The position numbers and the translations under genes are program-made. 36,043 nucleotides of DNA from a virus. Taxonomy: Duplodnaviria > Heunggongvirae > Uroviricota > Caudoviricetes. The notes below the pieces were generated by a model that was not told the origin of the DNA, did not search any database, and saw nothing but the letters and a program-made list of their open reading frames with translations. Below are positions 1 to 6,880 of this stretch, one piece after another. Position 1 is the stretch's first letter. Each line of letters starts with the position of its first letter. The stretch is taken from IMG/VR virus record IMGVR_UViG_2693429599_000012, positions 1 through 36,043 of that record; one strand, given 5' to 3'.

Positions 1-351
1 ATGCGAGAGACAGTCGAAATTATGCGTTATCCCGTCACTCTTACACCCGCGCCGGAAGGCGGTTATATGGTTTCTTTTGTGGATATCCCTGAAGCGTTGA
101 CCCAGGGCGAAACTGTCGCTGAAGCGATGGAAGCGGCAAAAGATGCTTTACTGACCGCATTTGATTTTTATTTTGAAGATAACGAGCTTATCCCTTTACC
201 TTCGCCATTAAATAGTCACGATCACTTTATTGAAGTACCTTTGAGCGTCGCCTCTAAGGTATTGCTGTTAAATGCTTTTTTACAGTCAGAAATCACTCAG
301 CAAGAGTTAGCCAGGCGAATTGGCAAACCTAAATGTTGTAAACCCCAATAA
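1..351 (+). CDS. hicB: HicB-family antitoxin-like protein, C-terminally truncated or divergent
   Basis: ORF from ATG at 1 (alternative ATG at 22, MRYPVTLTPAPEGGYMVSF...). The first ~105 aa match my recollection of enterobacterial HicB through ...ITQQELARRIGKPK, then the ORF ends with CCKPQ-stop instead of continuing through the C-terminal DNA-binding region. No hicA is in the window. Confidence 0.6.
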   Translation: MRETVEIMRYPVTLTPAPEGGYMVSFVDIPEALTQGETVAEAMEAAKDALLTAFDFYFEDNELIPLPSPLNSHDHFIEVPLSVASKVLLLNAFLQSEITQQELARRIGKPKCCKPQ

Positions 352-362
352 CTAAAATTTTT

Positions 363-396
363 GCAATAAAAAAGCCCCATCACAAGGACAGGGCTA
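363..396 (-). terminator. Putative rho-independent terminator for the 415-720 minus-strand gene
   Basis: On the minus strand a short GC stem (AGCCC...GGGCT) is followed by TTTTTTATTG, immediately downstream of the stop of the minus gene. Confidence 0.35.
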
Positions 397-414
397 TAGA
401 ATCAATCACTTACA

Positions 415-720
415 TCACTTAATATCTTTCATTTTACGGATACGCGCGCTTGCTTCCGGTAGTTCATCCAGTGTTACGTGATAAGCAAGCATACAGACAG
501 GAGTCGGATCGAATCCCTCATGAGTATTGATCAGATGGCTATTCCCGCCTTTAAATTCATCCTGTCCATCCCACATAGCGTACACGTCATCTTCTGCTAC
601 ATAGATAATCAATCCAATAGGGGAGTTAGTAAGCTGGAAGATGCAGCCAGTAGAATCAATACGATGTTCCCGAACGTCATCAACAGTTTCAAATTCAATC
701 TTAATATCTTTAGTCTTCAT
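415..720 (-). CDS. Hypothetical protein (101 aa)
   Basis: Intact ORF with a GAGGG Shine-Dalgarno 6 nt upstream of the ATG and a terminator-like hairpin downstream. No family recognised. Confidence 0.5.
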   Translation of the reverse strand: MKTKDIKIEFETVDDVREHRIDSTGCIFQLTNSPIGLIIYVAEDDVYAMWDGQDEFKGGNSHLINTHEGFDPTPVCMLAYHVTLDELPEASARIRKMKDIK

Positions 721-1019
721 GATTTGCCCTCGCGTGAAAAATATTTTCGATTATTTATAAAAAAGACTTGACAAAATCAAAAGGTACTGTTCCACGGGTG
801 AAATAAAGCGAGTTTTCGGCACCCCGGTATTTGATGTGCGTGTGAGATTTCAAAACAGGTGCAGTGCAGCCCACCAGCGCGGTCGCTACGCGACTATTAA
901 CACCAGCCAATCCCTTTCCCTGCCTCGATCTTTCCCTTCGTTATAAAGCGTTTTAGGCGCTCTCCTGAATGCGCAGATCAGATAAATAATTTTACGCAAA
1001 TTTAATGGAGGATAACCGG

Positions 1020-1574
1020 ATGAAAGAAGAATTAACCCTTACAGAAATTTCCCGCTTATACGGCTATACAATTAACGCCGCTAAGAAATGGTTAGAAAGG
1101 GGTCTACCCTATAATACCAATAGCCGTCGCGTGCCAGCCAAAGAAGGAACAGAATGGGTCCTAAAGAACATCATCAACCCGCTTAAAGAAACTACGGTCA
1201 AGGAACAAATCGACGTAGAGAAATTGCGACGGGAAAGAGCATTAGCAGATGCAGCCGAACGAGAGAACCAGGAAGCGATGAATCTCCTGATTCCCGTCGG
1301 GTATGTGGAGCAGGAGCTAGCGGAATACTGCGGGAAAGTGAAGCAGACTATTTTGCAGATCGCCACAATCGACGCTTTAGAAATTCTCGAATCTGCGAGT
1401 GACCAGAAAACATTAAAGAATAAGCTAAGGGAGATTATCGAGCGTCGTTTAAATGAAGTAGGTGACTTGTTCGAAAATGCAGATTTGGGAGAAGACGAGG
1501 AAGAAGAATTACCATTAATGGATGAACCGGAAGAACAAGAACCAGAAGAAGACGATGAATTTGATGTGTCTTAA
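1020..1574 (+). CDS. Nu1-like DNA-binding protein, candidate terminase small subunit, with acidic C-terminal tail
   Basis: GGAGGA RBS 7 nt upstream of the ATG at 1020 (ORF track starts at 1005). N-terminal HTH-like LTLTEISRLYGYTINAAKKWLERGLPY and a following EKLRRE segment resemble lambda Nu1 architecture. C-terminus is strongly acidic (EDEEEELPLMDEPEEQEPEEDDEFD). Confidence 0.45.
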   Translation: MKEELTLTEISRLYGYTINAAKKWLERGLPYNTNSRRVPAKEGTEWVLKNIINPLKETTVKEQIDVEKLRRERALADAAERENQEAMNLLIPVGYVEQELAEYCGKVKQTILQIATIDALEILESASDQKTLKNKLREIIERRLNEVGDLFENADLGEDEEEELPLMDEPEEQEPEEDDEFDVS

Positions 1575-1624
1575 AACGCGTTATAAATAAATGTATGAAA
1601 GATGTTGAACGGGTCAACGTCTAC

Positions 1625-1650
1625 GGGGGAGAACATCCCCCGCTTAACTT
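1625..1650 (+). terminator. Weak hairpin downstream of the Nu1-like gene
   Basis: GGGGGA-gaaca-TCCCCC stem followed by GCTTAACTTTT; the T-tract is weak. Confidence 0.25.
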
Positions 1651-1668
1651 TTAAGAGGATATAAAACT

Positions 1669-1953
1669 ATGGCTACTTTTATTACCTATGCTGTCATCAT
1701 TACTATTCTGGCTGCTATCTCTGCTTATAAACTCGGAACCGAACCGAAAGAACGAGGCGAATTATTCTTAGGTGCGTTTGTTGCATTTGCTAGCCTTGCG
1801 TTAATTGTCGAAGGGATTTCTTATATTGTTGGCCTAGTTAGTATGACACTTTTTAACTTCCATCCGGCTATTTCTATGCATCTACTGCTTACTGTATGCT
1901 GGGTATATTGCTTAATCGAATTTTTAACGTTTGTTTTCAAACAGACTAAATAA
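1669..1953 (+). CDS. Small integral membrane protein (94 aa, about 3 predicted TM segments)
   Basis: AAGAGGA RBS; three hydrophobic stretches (FITYAVIITILAAISAY, LFLGAFVAFASLALIVEGISYIVGLV, LLLTVCWVYCLIEFLTFVF); followed by two strong terminators. Confidence 0.55.
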   Translation: MATFITYAVIITILAAISAYKLGTEPKERGELFLGAFVAFASLALIVEGISYIVGLVSMTLFNFHPAISMHLLLTVCWVYCLIEFLTFVFKQTK

Positions 1954-2112
1954 TATTGTAATCTGCCTTTTCTCCTTATGTGGTTTTAACAGGGAATTTT
2001 CGAAAGAGAGTTCCCGATTAAAAGCCATAAAACACATTCAGTACAGTGTTTTCATAGTCAGTGATCTATACAACATAAAAACATAACAAGTATAGATTGA
2101 GTATTAATCCTC

Positions 2113-2138
2113 CCGCCCCTTCGGGGGCGGTTATTTTT
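2113..2138 (+). terminator. Rho-independent terminator with TTCG tetraloop
   Basis: CCGCCCC-TTCG-GGGGCGG (7 bp stem) followed by TTATTTTT. Confidence 0.65.
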
Positions 2139-2215
2139 CTGGCTTTACTAGATAATGTAGCATTATGTTCATTATAACCTCATCTTTGTTGTGCAAACCT
2201 AACCTAAACTTACTA

Positions 2216-2240
2216 GGGACTCTTCGGAGTCCCTTTTTTT
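2216..2240 (+). terminator. Rho-independent terminator with TTCG tetraloop, possibly bidirectional
   Basis: GGGACTC-TTCG-GAGTCCC followed by TTTTTTT; it abuts the stop codon of the convergent minus-strand gene. Confidence 0.65.
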
Positions 2241-3180
2241 ATTGGCAGTAAGAAAAGTTAGTACCGTACATTTCATCATGAAGCATTGCAGCATTGCGTT
2301 TCTGTTCTTCTTCCTCATCTTCTACATCACTAGAAAAATGAGATTTGCCCTTAAAAGAACGAAGTAATTGCAGTGCAGCCATCGGATCACGCATCACATC
2401 GATTTTCACTTCTACTTCATCATTTGCGGCCTCATCAGCCGCGTTTTCAACTACTGCCACCGGAGCAACTTCTTTAGCTTTCAGTTCTTCAATTTCAGCT
2501 TTCTGGGCTTCGATAATCTGGTCTTTTTCTTCCAGTGCAGCTTTCAGTTCTGCGATCTGTGCTTCCAGTGCAGCAAAGCGATCTTCAACAACCGGAGAAA
2601 CAGCATTCACCTGTGCTTCCAGTTCCAGAAATGCTTCGCAAGATTCAATACGTTCTTTCTCTTCACCTTCATAAGCAACCAGTTCTACAACTTCTTTTTC
2701 GGTAGCGTGGCTGTTAAAGAAAACAGCAAAGTAAGGATTGCCGGATTTAGTGAAGTTCAGTTTAGCTTTTCCGGTAACTTCTTTACGACGACCGAAGGTG
2801 ATCTGGCAATCAGCGGTATCCTGAAAATCCATGTTAGGAGCGGAAACGATAGCAGTATCACCAGCAATAACCAGGTGGAACAGTTCAGAAGAGTTCTTAA
2901 CGGTAAAAGTAACGATGTGGTCTACTGCAACGTCTTTAGCAGGTTTAACGCGGTCGATTGCTTTACGAATGCCGTTAGGCAGTTTACCGTCAACACCAAA
3001 GCCAGCCGCGATCAGTGCTTCACGATGTGCTTTAAAGCCAGCGAAAGCGGATTTCTGCTGTGCAAAGGAAACATGAGCAACAACTTTCGGCTGAATCTTC
3101 TTGTTTGCTTCGGTGCCAAATTTGATAACTGCTTTAGCGTTGGTTACTTCGTTAGTGAAAAAGTTAGCGGAAAATAACAT
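2239..3180 (-). CDS. Hypothetical protein (~313 aa): N-terminal globular region, central coiled coil, acidic C-terminal tail
   Basis: GGAG RBS upstream of the ATG at complement 3178-3180 (the ORF track extends to 3243 but the internal start has the RBS). Heptad-like segment AALEAQIAELKAALEEKDQIIEAQKAEIEELKAKE and acidic DVEDEEEEQ tail. No family assigned. Confidence 0.55.
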   Translation of the reverse strand: MLFSANFFTNEVTNAKAVIKFGTEANKKIQPKVVAHVSFAQQKSAFAGFKAHREALIAAGFGVDGKLPNGIRKAIDRVKPAKDVAVDHIVTFTVKNSSELFHLVIAGDTAIVSAPNMDFQDTADCQITFGRRKEVTGKAKLNFTKSGNPYFAVFFNSHATEKEVVELVAYEGEEKERIESCEAFLELEAQVNAVSPVVEDRFAALEAQIAELKAALEEKDQIIEAQKAEIEELKAKEVAPVAVVENAADEAANDEVEVKIDVMRDPMAALQLLRSFKGKSHFSSDVEDEEEEQKRNAAMLHDEMYGTNFSYCQ

Positions 3181-3291
3181 TATAAATACTCCGTGGAAAG
3201 TTAGTTTTAATTGTTCATCGCAAAAGCCTCCTTGTTGCCGCAAGGGGGCTTTTTTATTTTTAAAGCCATCATATAATTCTCAGTCAAAGTA

Positions 3292-3474
3292 TCAGTAAAC
3301 CTCGGCGGTAATCTTTACTTTAATGTCATACTTCTTTAAGAGTTTATGAAAGGTTGATTTATCGATACCCTCATTTTTAAACCACTCTTCAATTCTCACA
3401 CCCGGCGTTAACTCAAAGTAGCGTTTAGCCATTTCTAAGATGATTTCGCGAGTGAACTTAACAGGTCGTGCCAT
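3292..3474 (-). CDS. Small HTH DNA-binding protein (60 aa), resolvase/Hin-type HTH-like
   Basis: Sequence MARPVKFTREIILEMAKRYF...GIDKSTFHKLLKKYDIKV; paralogous to the 6619-6852 product and to the C-terminus of the 6881-7483 product. Confidence 0.55.
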   Translation of the reverse strand: MARPVKFTREIILEMAKRYFELTPGVRIEEWFKNEGIDKSTFHKLLKKYDIKVKITAEVY

Positions 3475-3514
3475 CTCGAATCCTCCTACAATGTGGATTA
3501 ATGATTTCTTAAAA

Positions 3515-3529
3515 AAGAGCGTTAACCGC
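3515..3529. promoter_or_regulatory. Perfect palindrome GAGCGTTAACCGCTC upstream of the small HTH gene; candidate operator
   Basis: 5-bp inverted arms around TTAAC, about 40 bp upstream of the minus-strand start codon at 3474. Confidence 0.3.
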
Positions 3530-3993
3530 TCACTATTATTTATATGGGGATTGTATTTTATTTTTCAACCCCTCACATTTATCTCTTATATATGTATTTA
3601 TAACAGAGATATGTTAAAATGTTATTCAGATGTTATCAGACGTGTTAAATGTGTTAAACCGCAGCACGAATTGCTAAAGAGAAGAACACGAATTAACCAA
3701 ATTGATGTTTATTCAATCAATTTAGAAAAATGCATAGCACTTTTTGCTAAAGCGGTGAGCATTAATTGAGCTATGAATTGTAAAGATTTGTTACAAGATT
3801 TTCTCTCAGATCCAAATCTTAACAGACATATAACAATTTAACATGGTGATAACAATAGGAAGGAAAATCGGTAAATTTTCACTTTCAATACAAATATTAT
3901 AACATATTTATCTCGAATTGTCAAGTATACCACCGATCCTACACAGTGTCAACAAAGGATTTTCAAACCTACACTAACCCTACACTATGAAAA

Positions 3994-4233
3994 TTGCCCC
4001 CGAATTTTTGCCCCCGAACAAAATCCCCAAGATTCTACTATCCCATTTTTGCCCCTGAAACCCTATATTTTTGCCCCTGAAATTCTGGGACACGGTGATT
4101 TTGCCCCTCATTTTTGCCCCTGAAATGCCAATAATTGCCCCTGAAAATCTAATTTTTGCCCCTGAAATTTGCCCCCGAAAAGGATTGGTGAGAAAAACTC
4201 TTTATAAAACATTAACTTAGCGAGGGGCAAAAG
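3994..4233. repeat. Iteron-like array: 9 direct copies of TTGCCCC(T/C)GAA(A) plus one inverted copy
   Basis: Direct copies start at about 3994, 4008, 4049, 4071, 4101, 4114, 4135, 4156 and 4169; inverted copy GAGGGGCAAAAG at 4222-4233. Spacings are 13-14, 21-22, 30 and 41 bp. Confidence 0.8.
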
Positions 4234-4320
4234 CGGGGATCGGGCGTGCATAGATATTATATAACACATTCGCTACGCTCATGTGTAAAACCAAAAACAA
4301 CAAATAACCAAAAAGATATT

Positions 4321-4368
4321 AGGAGGGCGTAGCCCGACTGCGCGAAGCGCCAACCAATTACTTCTAGT
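4321..4368. repeat. Copy 1 of a duplicated ~45 bp element (GGAGG..CG.AGCC.GACTG ... CCAAT.ACTTC)
   Basis: AGGAGGGCGTAGCCCGACTG...CCAACCAATTACTTC, related to 4751-4795 (AGGAGGCGAAGCCGACTG...ACCAATCACTTCC). Confidence 0.5.
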
Positions 4369-4381
4369 AACACTAATTTAA

Positions 4382-4604
4382 ACTAGATGATACTAGATGG
4401 TCTTAGAAGGAATTAACTAGTTTGCTCGCTCGCTTCGCTCACTCTCAAACGTCTGCGACGCCACTGCGTGGCATCGAGAATCACTTTTGAAAGGATTTTC
4501 TTAGAAAGGGATTTTAAACTAGTTACTAACTGATTCTAGAAAGATAGTAATAATCACTTTGAAGATAATAGTAGTTAACTGGTTACTAGATGATTCTAGA
4601 TCAC
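4382..4604. repeat. CTAG-rich repeat family (ACTAGATGAT(A/T)CTAGA and ~27 bp units AACT(A/G)GTTACTA..TGATTCTAGA)
   Basis: ACTAGATGATACTAGATGG at 4382-4400; units at 4517-4543 and 4577-4604; palindromic AACTAGTT at 4414-4421. Confidence 0.6.
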
Positions 4605-4750
4605 TTTAATGATCATGAAAGGTATTGGTATCCCTTCGGGATTGCAACCTTCGGTTGCTAAATTGCTTCCTGATTATAATTTCTCCAAAAGAAAGATTCT
4701 TATATTCTAAAGATACTTCTTCGTTTTGATGATGATTTAATCAAAATCTA

Positions 4751-4795
4751 TGAAGGAGGCGAAGCCGACTGAATACCAATCACTTCCAAATTAGA
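4751..4795. repeat. Copy 2 of the duplicated ~45 bp element
   Basis: See 4321-4368; lies about 70 bp upstream of the 4863 gene. Confidence 0.5.
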
Positions 4796-4862
4796 CAAAA
4801 ATTTCTCGTTATAAATAATAGTGAACTTACTTTGATTCACTTTCTTTTAGAGGATTACCACT

Positions 4863-5315
4863 ATGATCAATACTAAAACTCCTTTCGTACTTCTGGGTCT
4901 GAACCATGATGATAATCTGGATATGATGCATGTTTTCGCTAATCGTGGTTATAACATCATTCGTCATTCCGAAGACTCCAATTTCTCAACTGCTTTCTAT
5001 GCTTTTAAACGTAATGGACGCCCTACGGTGATCGTAGACTGCTTTACTGATGAAGGTCGTGAACAATACAACAACATTCCGGCAATTATTGTTCGTGATG
5101 ACCTGCCTTTTGATGTTCGTGAATATGACGTTGATTTAGGCTCTTACTACGGGATCGCGGATCTTGACCAGATTATGGCTGATTATGGTAAACAACCCGC
5201 TCAGGAAGCCCCAGAACACGATGAACAAGACGAAGATGACGACGACTACACACCAATCTGTTTCTCTTCTCACGGTGGCTTCTACGGTTACGATGAAGGC
5301 TTAGATATGCTGTAA
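4863..5315 (+). CDS. Hypothetical acidic protein (150 aa)
   Basis: GAGGA RBS; C-terminal acidic run QEAPEHDEQDEDDDDY; first plus-strand gene after the repeat region. Confidence 0.55.
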   Translation: MINTKTPFVLLGLNHDDNLDMMHVFANRGYNIIRHSEDSNFSTAFYAFKRNGRPTVIVDCFTDEGREQYNNIPAIIVRDDLPFDVREYDVDLGSYYGIADLDQIMADYGKQPAQEAPEHDEQDEDDDDYTPICFSSHGGFYGYDEGLDML

Positions 5316-5337
5316 TTTAGGTCAACCCTTTGGCGTC

Positions 5338-5379
5338 TTGTCAAGGGGTATTGACAAAATTTTCTGACTTTTTTATGAT
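5338..5379 (+). promoter_or_regulatory. Sigma70-type promoter (TTGACA-N17-TATGAT) with overlapping perfect inverted repeat TTGTCAA-N6-TTGACAA
   Basis: -35 TTGACA at 5351-5356, 17-nt spacer, -10 TATGAT at 5374-5379; palindrome arms at 5338-5344 and 5351-5357. Confidence 0.6.
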
Positions 5380-5437
5380 TATCGCACTTGACAACTTTGA
5401 ACCTATTTGACCTAGATTTGTAAAGAGGATGTTAATT

Positions 5438-5584
5438 ATGAACACTACTAAGAAAGTTGATGGACGTAAAAACCCGAACCGCAAACCGTGGACCCCAAAC
5501 CTGAATTTCTCAATGGTTGACTTCCATGAACGCCAGCGTCGCATTCAAGAAGAAATTGATCGCGCGATTGCTGAATCTAAATGA
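5438..5584 (+). CDS. Small basic protein (48 aa), hypothetical
   Basis: AAGAGGA RBS 8 nt upstream of the ATG; sits between the promoter and the Rha gene. Not in the ORF track because it is under 60 aa. Confidence 0.4.
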   Translation: MNTTKKVDGRKNPNRKPWTPNLNFSMVDFHERQRRIQEEIDRAIAESK

Positions 5585-5672
5585 GATAAAAACTTCTTAT
5601 AAATAAAATTGTTCCGGTAGTGATGCCGGAACTAGGAGGATCATCACTAAACCGTTTAAGGGGGATTTTACT

Positions 5673-6500
5673 ATGAATACTGTTACTACTATGAATACCG
5701 CTGTTAAAACTGCTTCCGTGTCTCTGGTTGTTGATAACACCAAACCGCTGACCATGTCTTCTCGTCAGATTGCTGAATTTACCGATAAGAAGCACAGCAA
5801 TGTAATGCGCGATATTCGCGAAATGTACGAATCTTTAGGTATTATCGATCAGCTCAAAACTGAATTTGTCGAGAGAATCAATAACTTAGGATATGCTGTT
5901 AAAGAACCAGTATATCACTTAGACGAAGAAATGACGCTGACTCTTGTCACTGGTTACGATGTTAAGCGTCGAATGGTTGTTATTCAGGAATGGAAGCGAC
6001 TGAAAGAAGAAAATGAAAAACTGCGTCAGGAACGTTTAGCCGTTAACCCGTATGCAGACTTTGAAGAAACCGACTGGATCGAACTGGCATTAAAGAAAAC
6101 TCGCGAAAATAAAAAGCTGATTGAACTTCATGTTCGCAAATCAGTAGATAGCCATTCAATGACCCGTCTGTTAGGCGCTAAAAAGGGCGCTACGAAGGTT
6201 AAAGAAGCACTAACGGCCTTGCGTACTGCTGGCTACATTGAGCGCGTCTACGATGAAAATAACAAGCCGTGTGGGTATGTTGCTAATGACTCTTCTCTGT
6301 CTTTCTGCCGCATGAATGCTCACTACCAACTTGAATTTACTGTTGATGTTCTTCCTGTGTTGGTTGAATTGGGTATTCTGGAAGAAGAACAAAAAGCAAC
6401 TCTGAATCTTCCTAAGCCGAACAACACTATTCTGATTCAAAACAAAGCGGCTGAACGTCTCCGCCAGAATGTTGGATCACTGGAAGTCTTCGGACTGTGA
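5673..6500 (+). CDS. Rha-family phage regulatory protein / antirepressor
   Basis: N-terminal motif LTMSSRQIAEFTDKKHSNVMRDIREM is typical of the phage pRha domain; AGGGGGA RBS; terminator downstream. Confidence 0.75.
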   Translation: MNTVTTMNTAVKTASVSLVVDNTKPLTMSSRQIAEFTDKKHSNVMRDIREMYESLGIIDQLKTEFVERINNLGYAVKEPVYHLDEEMTLTLVTGYDVKRRMVVIQEWKRLKEENEKLRQERLAVNPYADFEETDWIELALKKTRENKKLIELHVRKSVDSHSMTRLLGAKKGATKVKEALTALRTAGYIERVYDENNKPCGYVANDSSLSFCRMNAHYQLEFTVDVLPVLVELGILEEEQKATLNLPKPNNTILIQNKAAERLRQNVGSLEVFGL

Positions 6501-6506
6501 TTAATC

Positions 6507-6537
6507 GCCCGGCGCATAATTGCGCTGGGCTTTTTGT
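6507..6537 (+). terminator. Rho-independent terminator after the Rha gene
   Basis: GCCCGGCGC-ataatt-GCGCTGGGC followed by TTTTTGTAT. Confidence 0.55.
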
Positions 6538-6580
6538 ATCTGGTGATCTAACCAATTTTGCTCAGATTGTTTTACATACA

Positions 6581-6603
6581 AAAAAGCCACTCCGAAGAGT
6601 GGC
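6581..6603 (-). terminator. Rho-independent terminator for the minus-strand HTH operon
   Basis: On the minus strand GCCACTC-TTCG-GAGTGGC followed by TTTTTT. Confidence 0.55.
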
Positions 6604-6618
6604 AAAGAGAATCAAAAC

Positions 6619-6852
6619 TCAAAAACCTGTTGCTTCTACGATCTGACCATCACCGATCTGAACATAGAATTTAATGTCTAACTTCTTCATATTCTTATAG
6701 AATTGGGCGATTGAGATCCCATGTTCACTAAGAATCTGTTCTTTCGCTTCCTTACCACGATCCGCTGTATAGTAAGCGTAGGCAATATCAGCCATCTGTT
6801 CAGCGTTAAAACGGGCAGGACGACCGCGAGTAGCTTTAGTAGTCATAGTCAT
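6619..6852 (-). CDS. Small HTH DNA-binding protein (77 aa), paralog of the 3292-3474 product
   Basis: RGRPARF motif plus HTH GISIAQFYKNMKKLDIKF aligning with GIDKSTFHKLLKKYDIKV. Confidence 0.55.
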   Translation of the reverse strand: MTMTTKATRGRPARFNAEQMADIAYAYYTADRGKEAKEQILSEHGISIAQFYKNMKKLDIKFYVQIGDGQIVEATGF

Positions 6853-6880
6853 TTCTCCAAATTAAAGTGAATGTTCACCT

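Noticed and set aside
1005-1019. Upstream start at 1005 for the Nu1-like gene and TTG/GTG starts given by the ORF track for the recombinase (35049), the 31173 gene (31766) and the 29171 ORF
   Set aside because: In each case an internal ATG with a better-placed Shine-Dalgarno sequence exists (1020, 35034, 31754, 29240); the longer ORFs are probably over-extensions.
2345-3177. Plus-strand ORFs 2345-2674 and 2368-3177 in the six-frame track
   Set aside because: They lie entirely antisense to the RBS-supported minus-strand gene 2239-3180 and translate to low-complexity Ser/Phe-rich sequence; treated as spurious.
3440-3769. Plus-strand ORF 3440-3769
   Set aside because: Overlaps the start and AT-rich promoter region of the minus-strand HTH gene; no RBS and low-complexity translation.
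3994-4233. Possible CRISPR array
   Set aside because: The repeats are only 11-13 bp with irregular 2-30 bp spacing and one inverted copy, which is inconsistent with CRISPR repeat-spacer architecture; no cas genes are present.
4240-4860. Possible tRNA genes in the long noncoding region
   Set aside because: No cloverleaf-compatible segment with a T-loop-like GTTCGAATC/GTTCAAATC motif was found by eye. A tRNA scan was not run, so this is a soft rejection.
5341-5544. Minus-strand ORF 5341-5544
   Set aside because: Overlaps the plus-strand promoter/operator and the RBS-supported 48-aa plus-strand ORF; the plus-strand interpretation is better supported.
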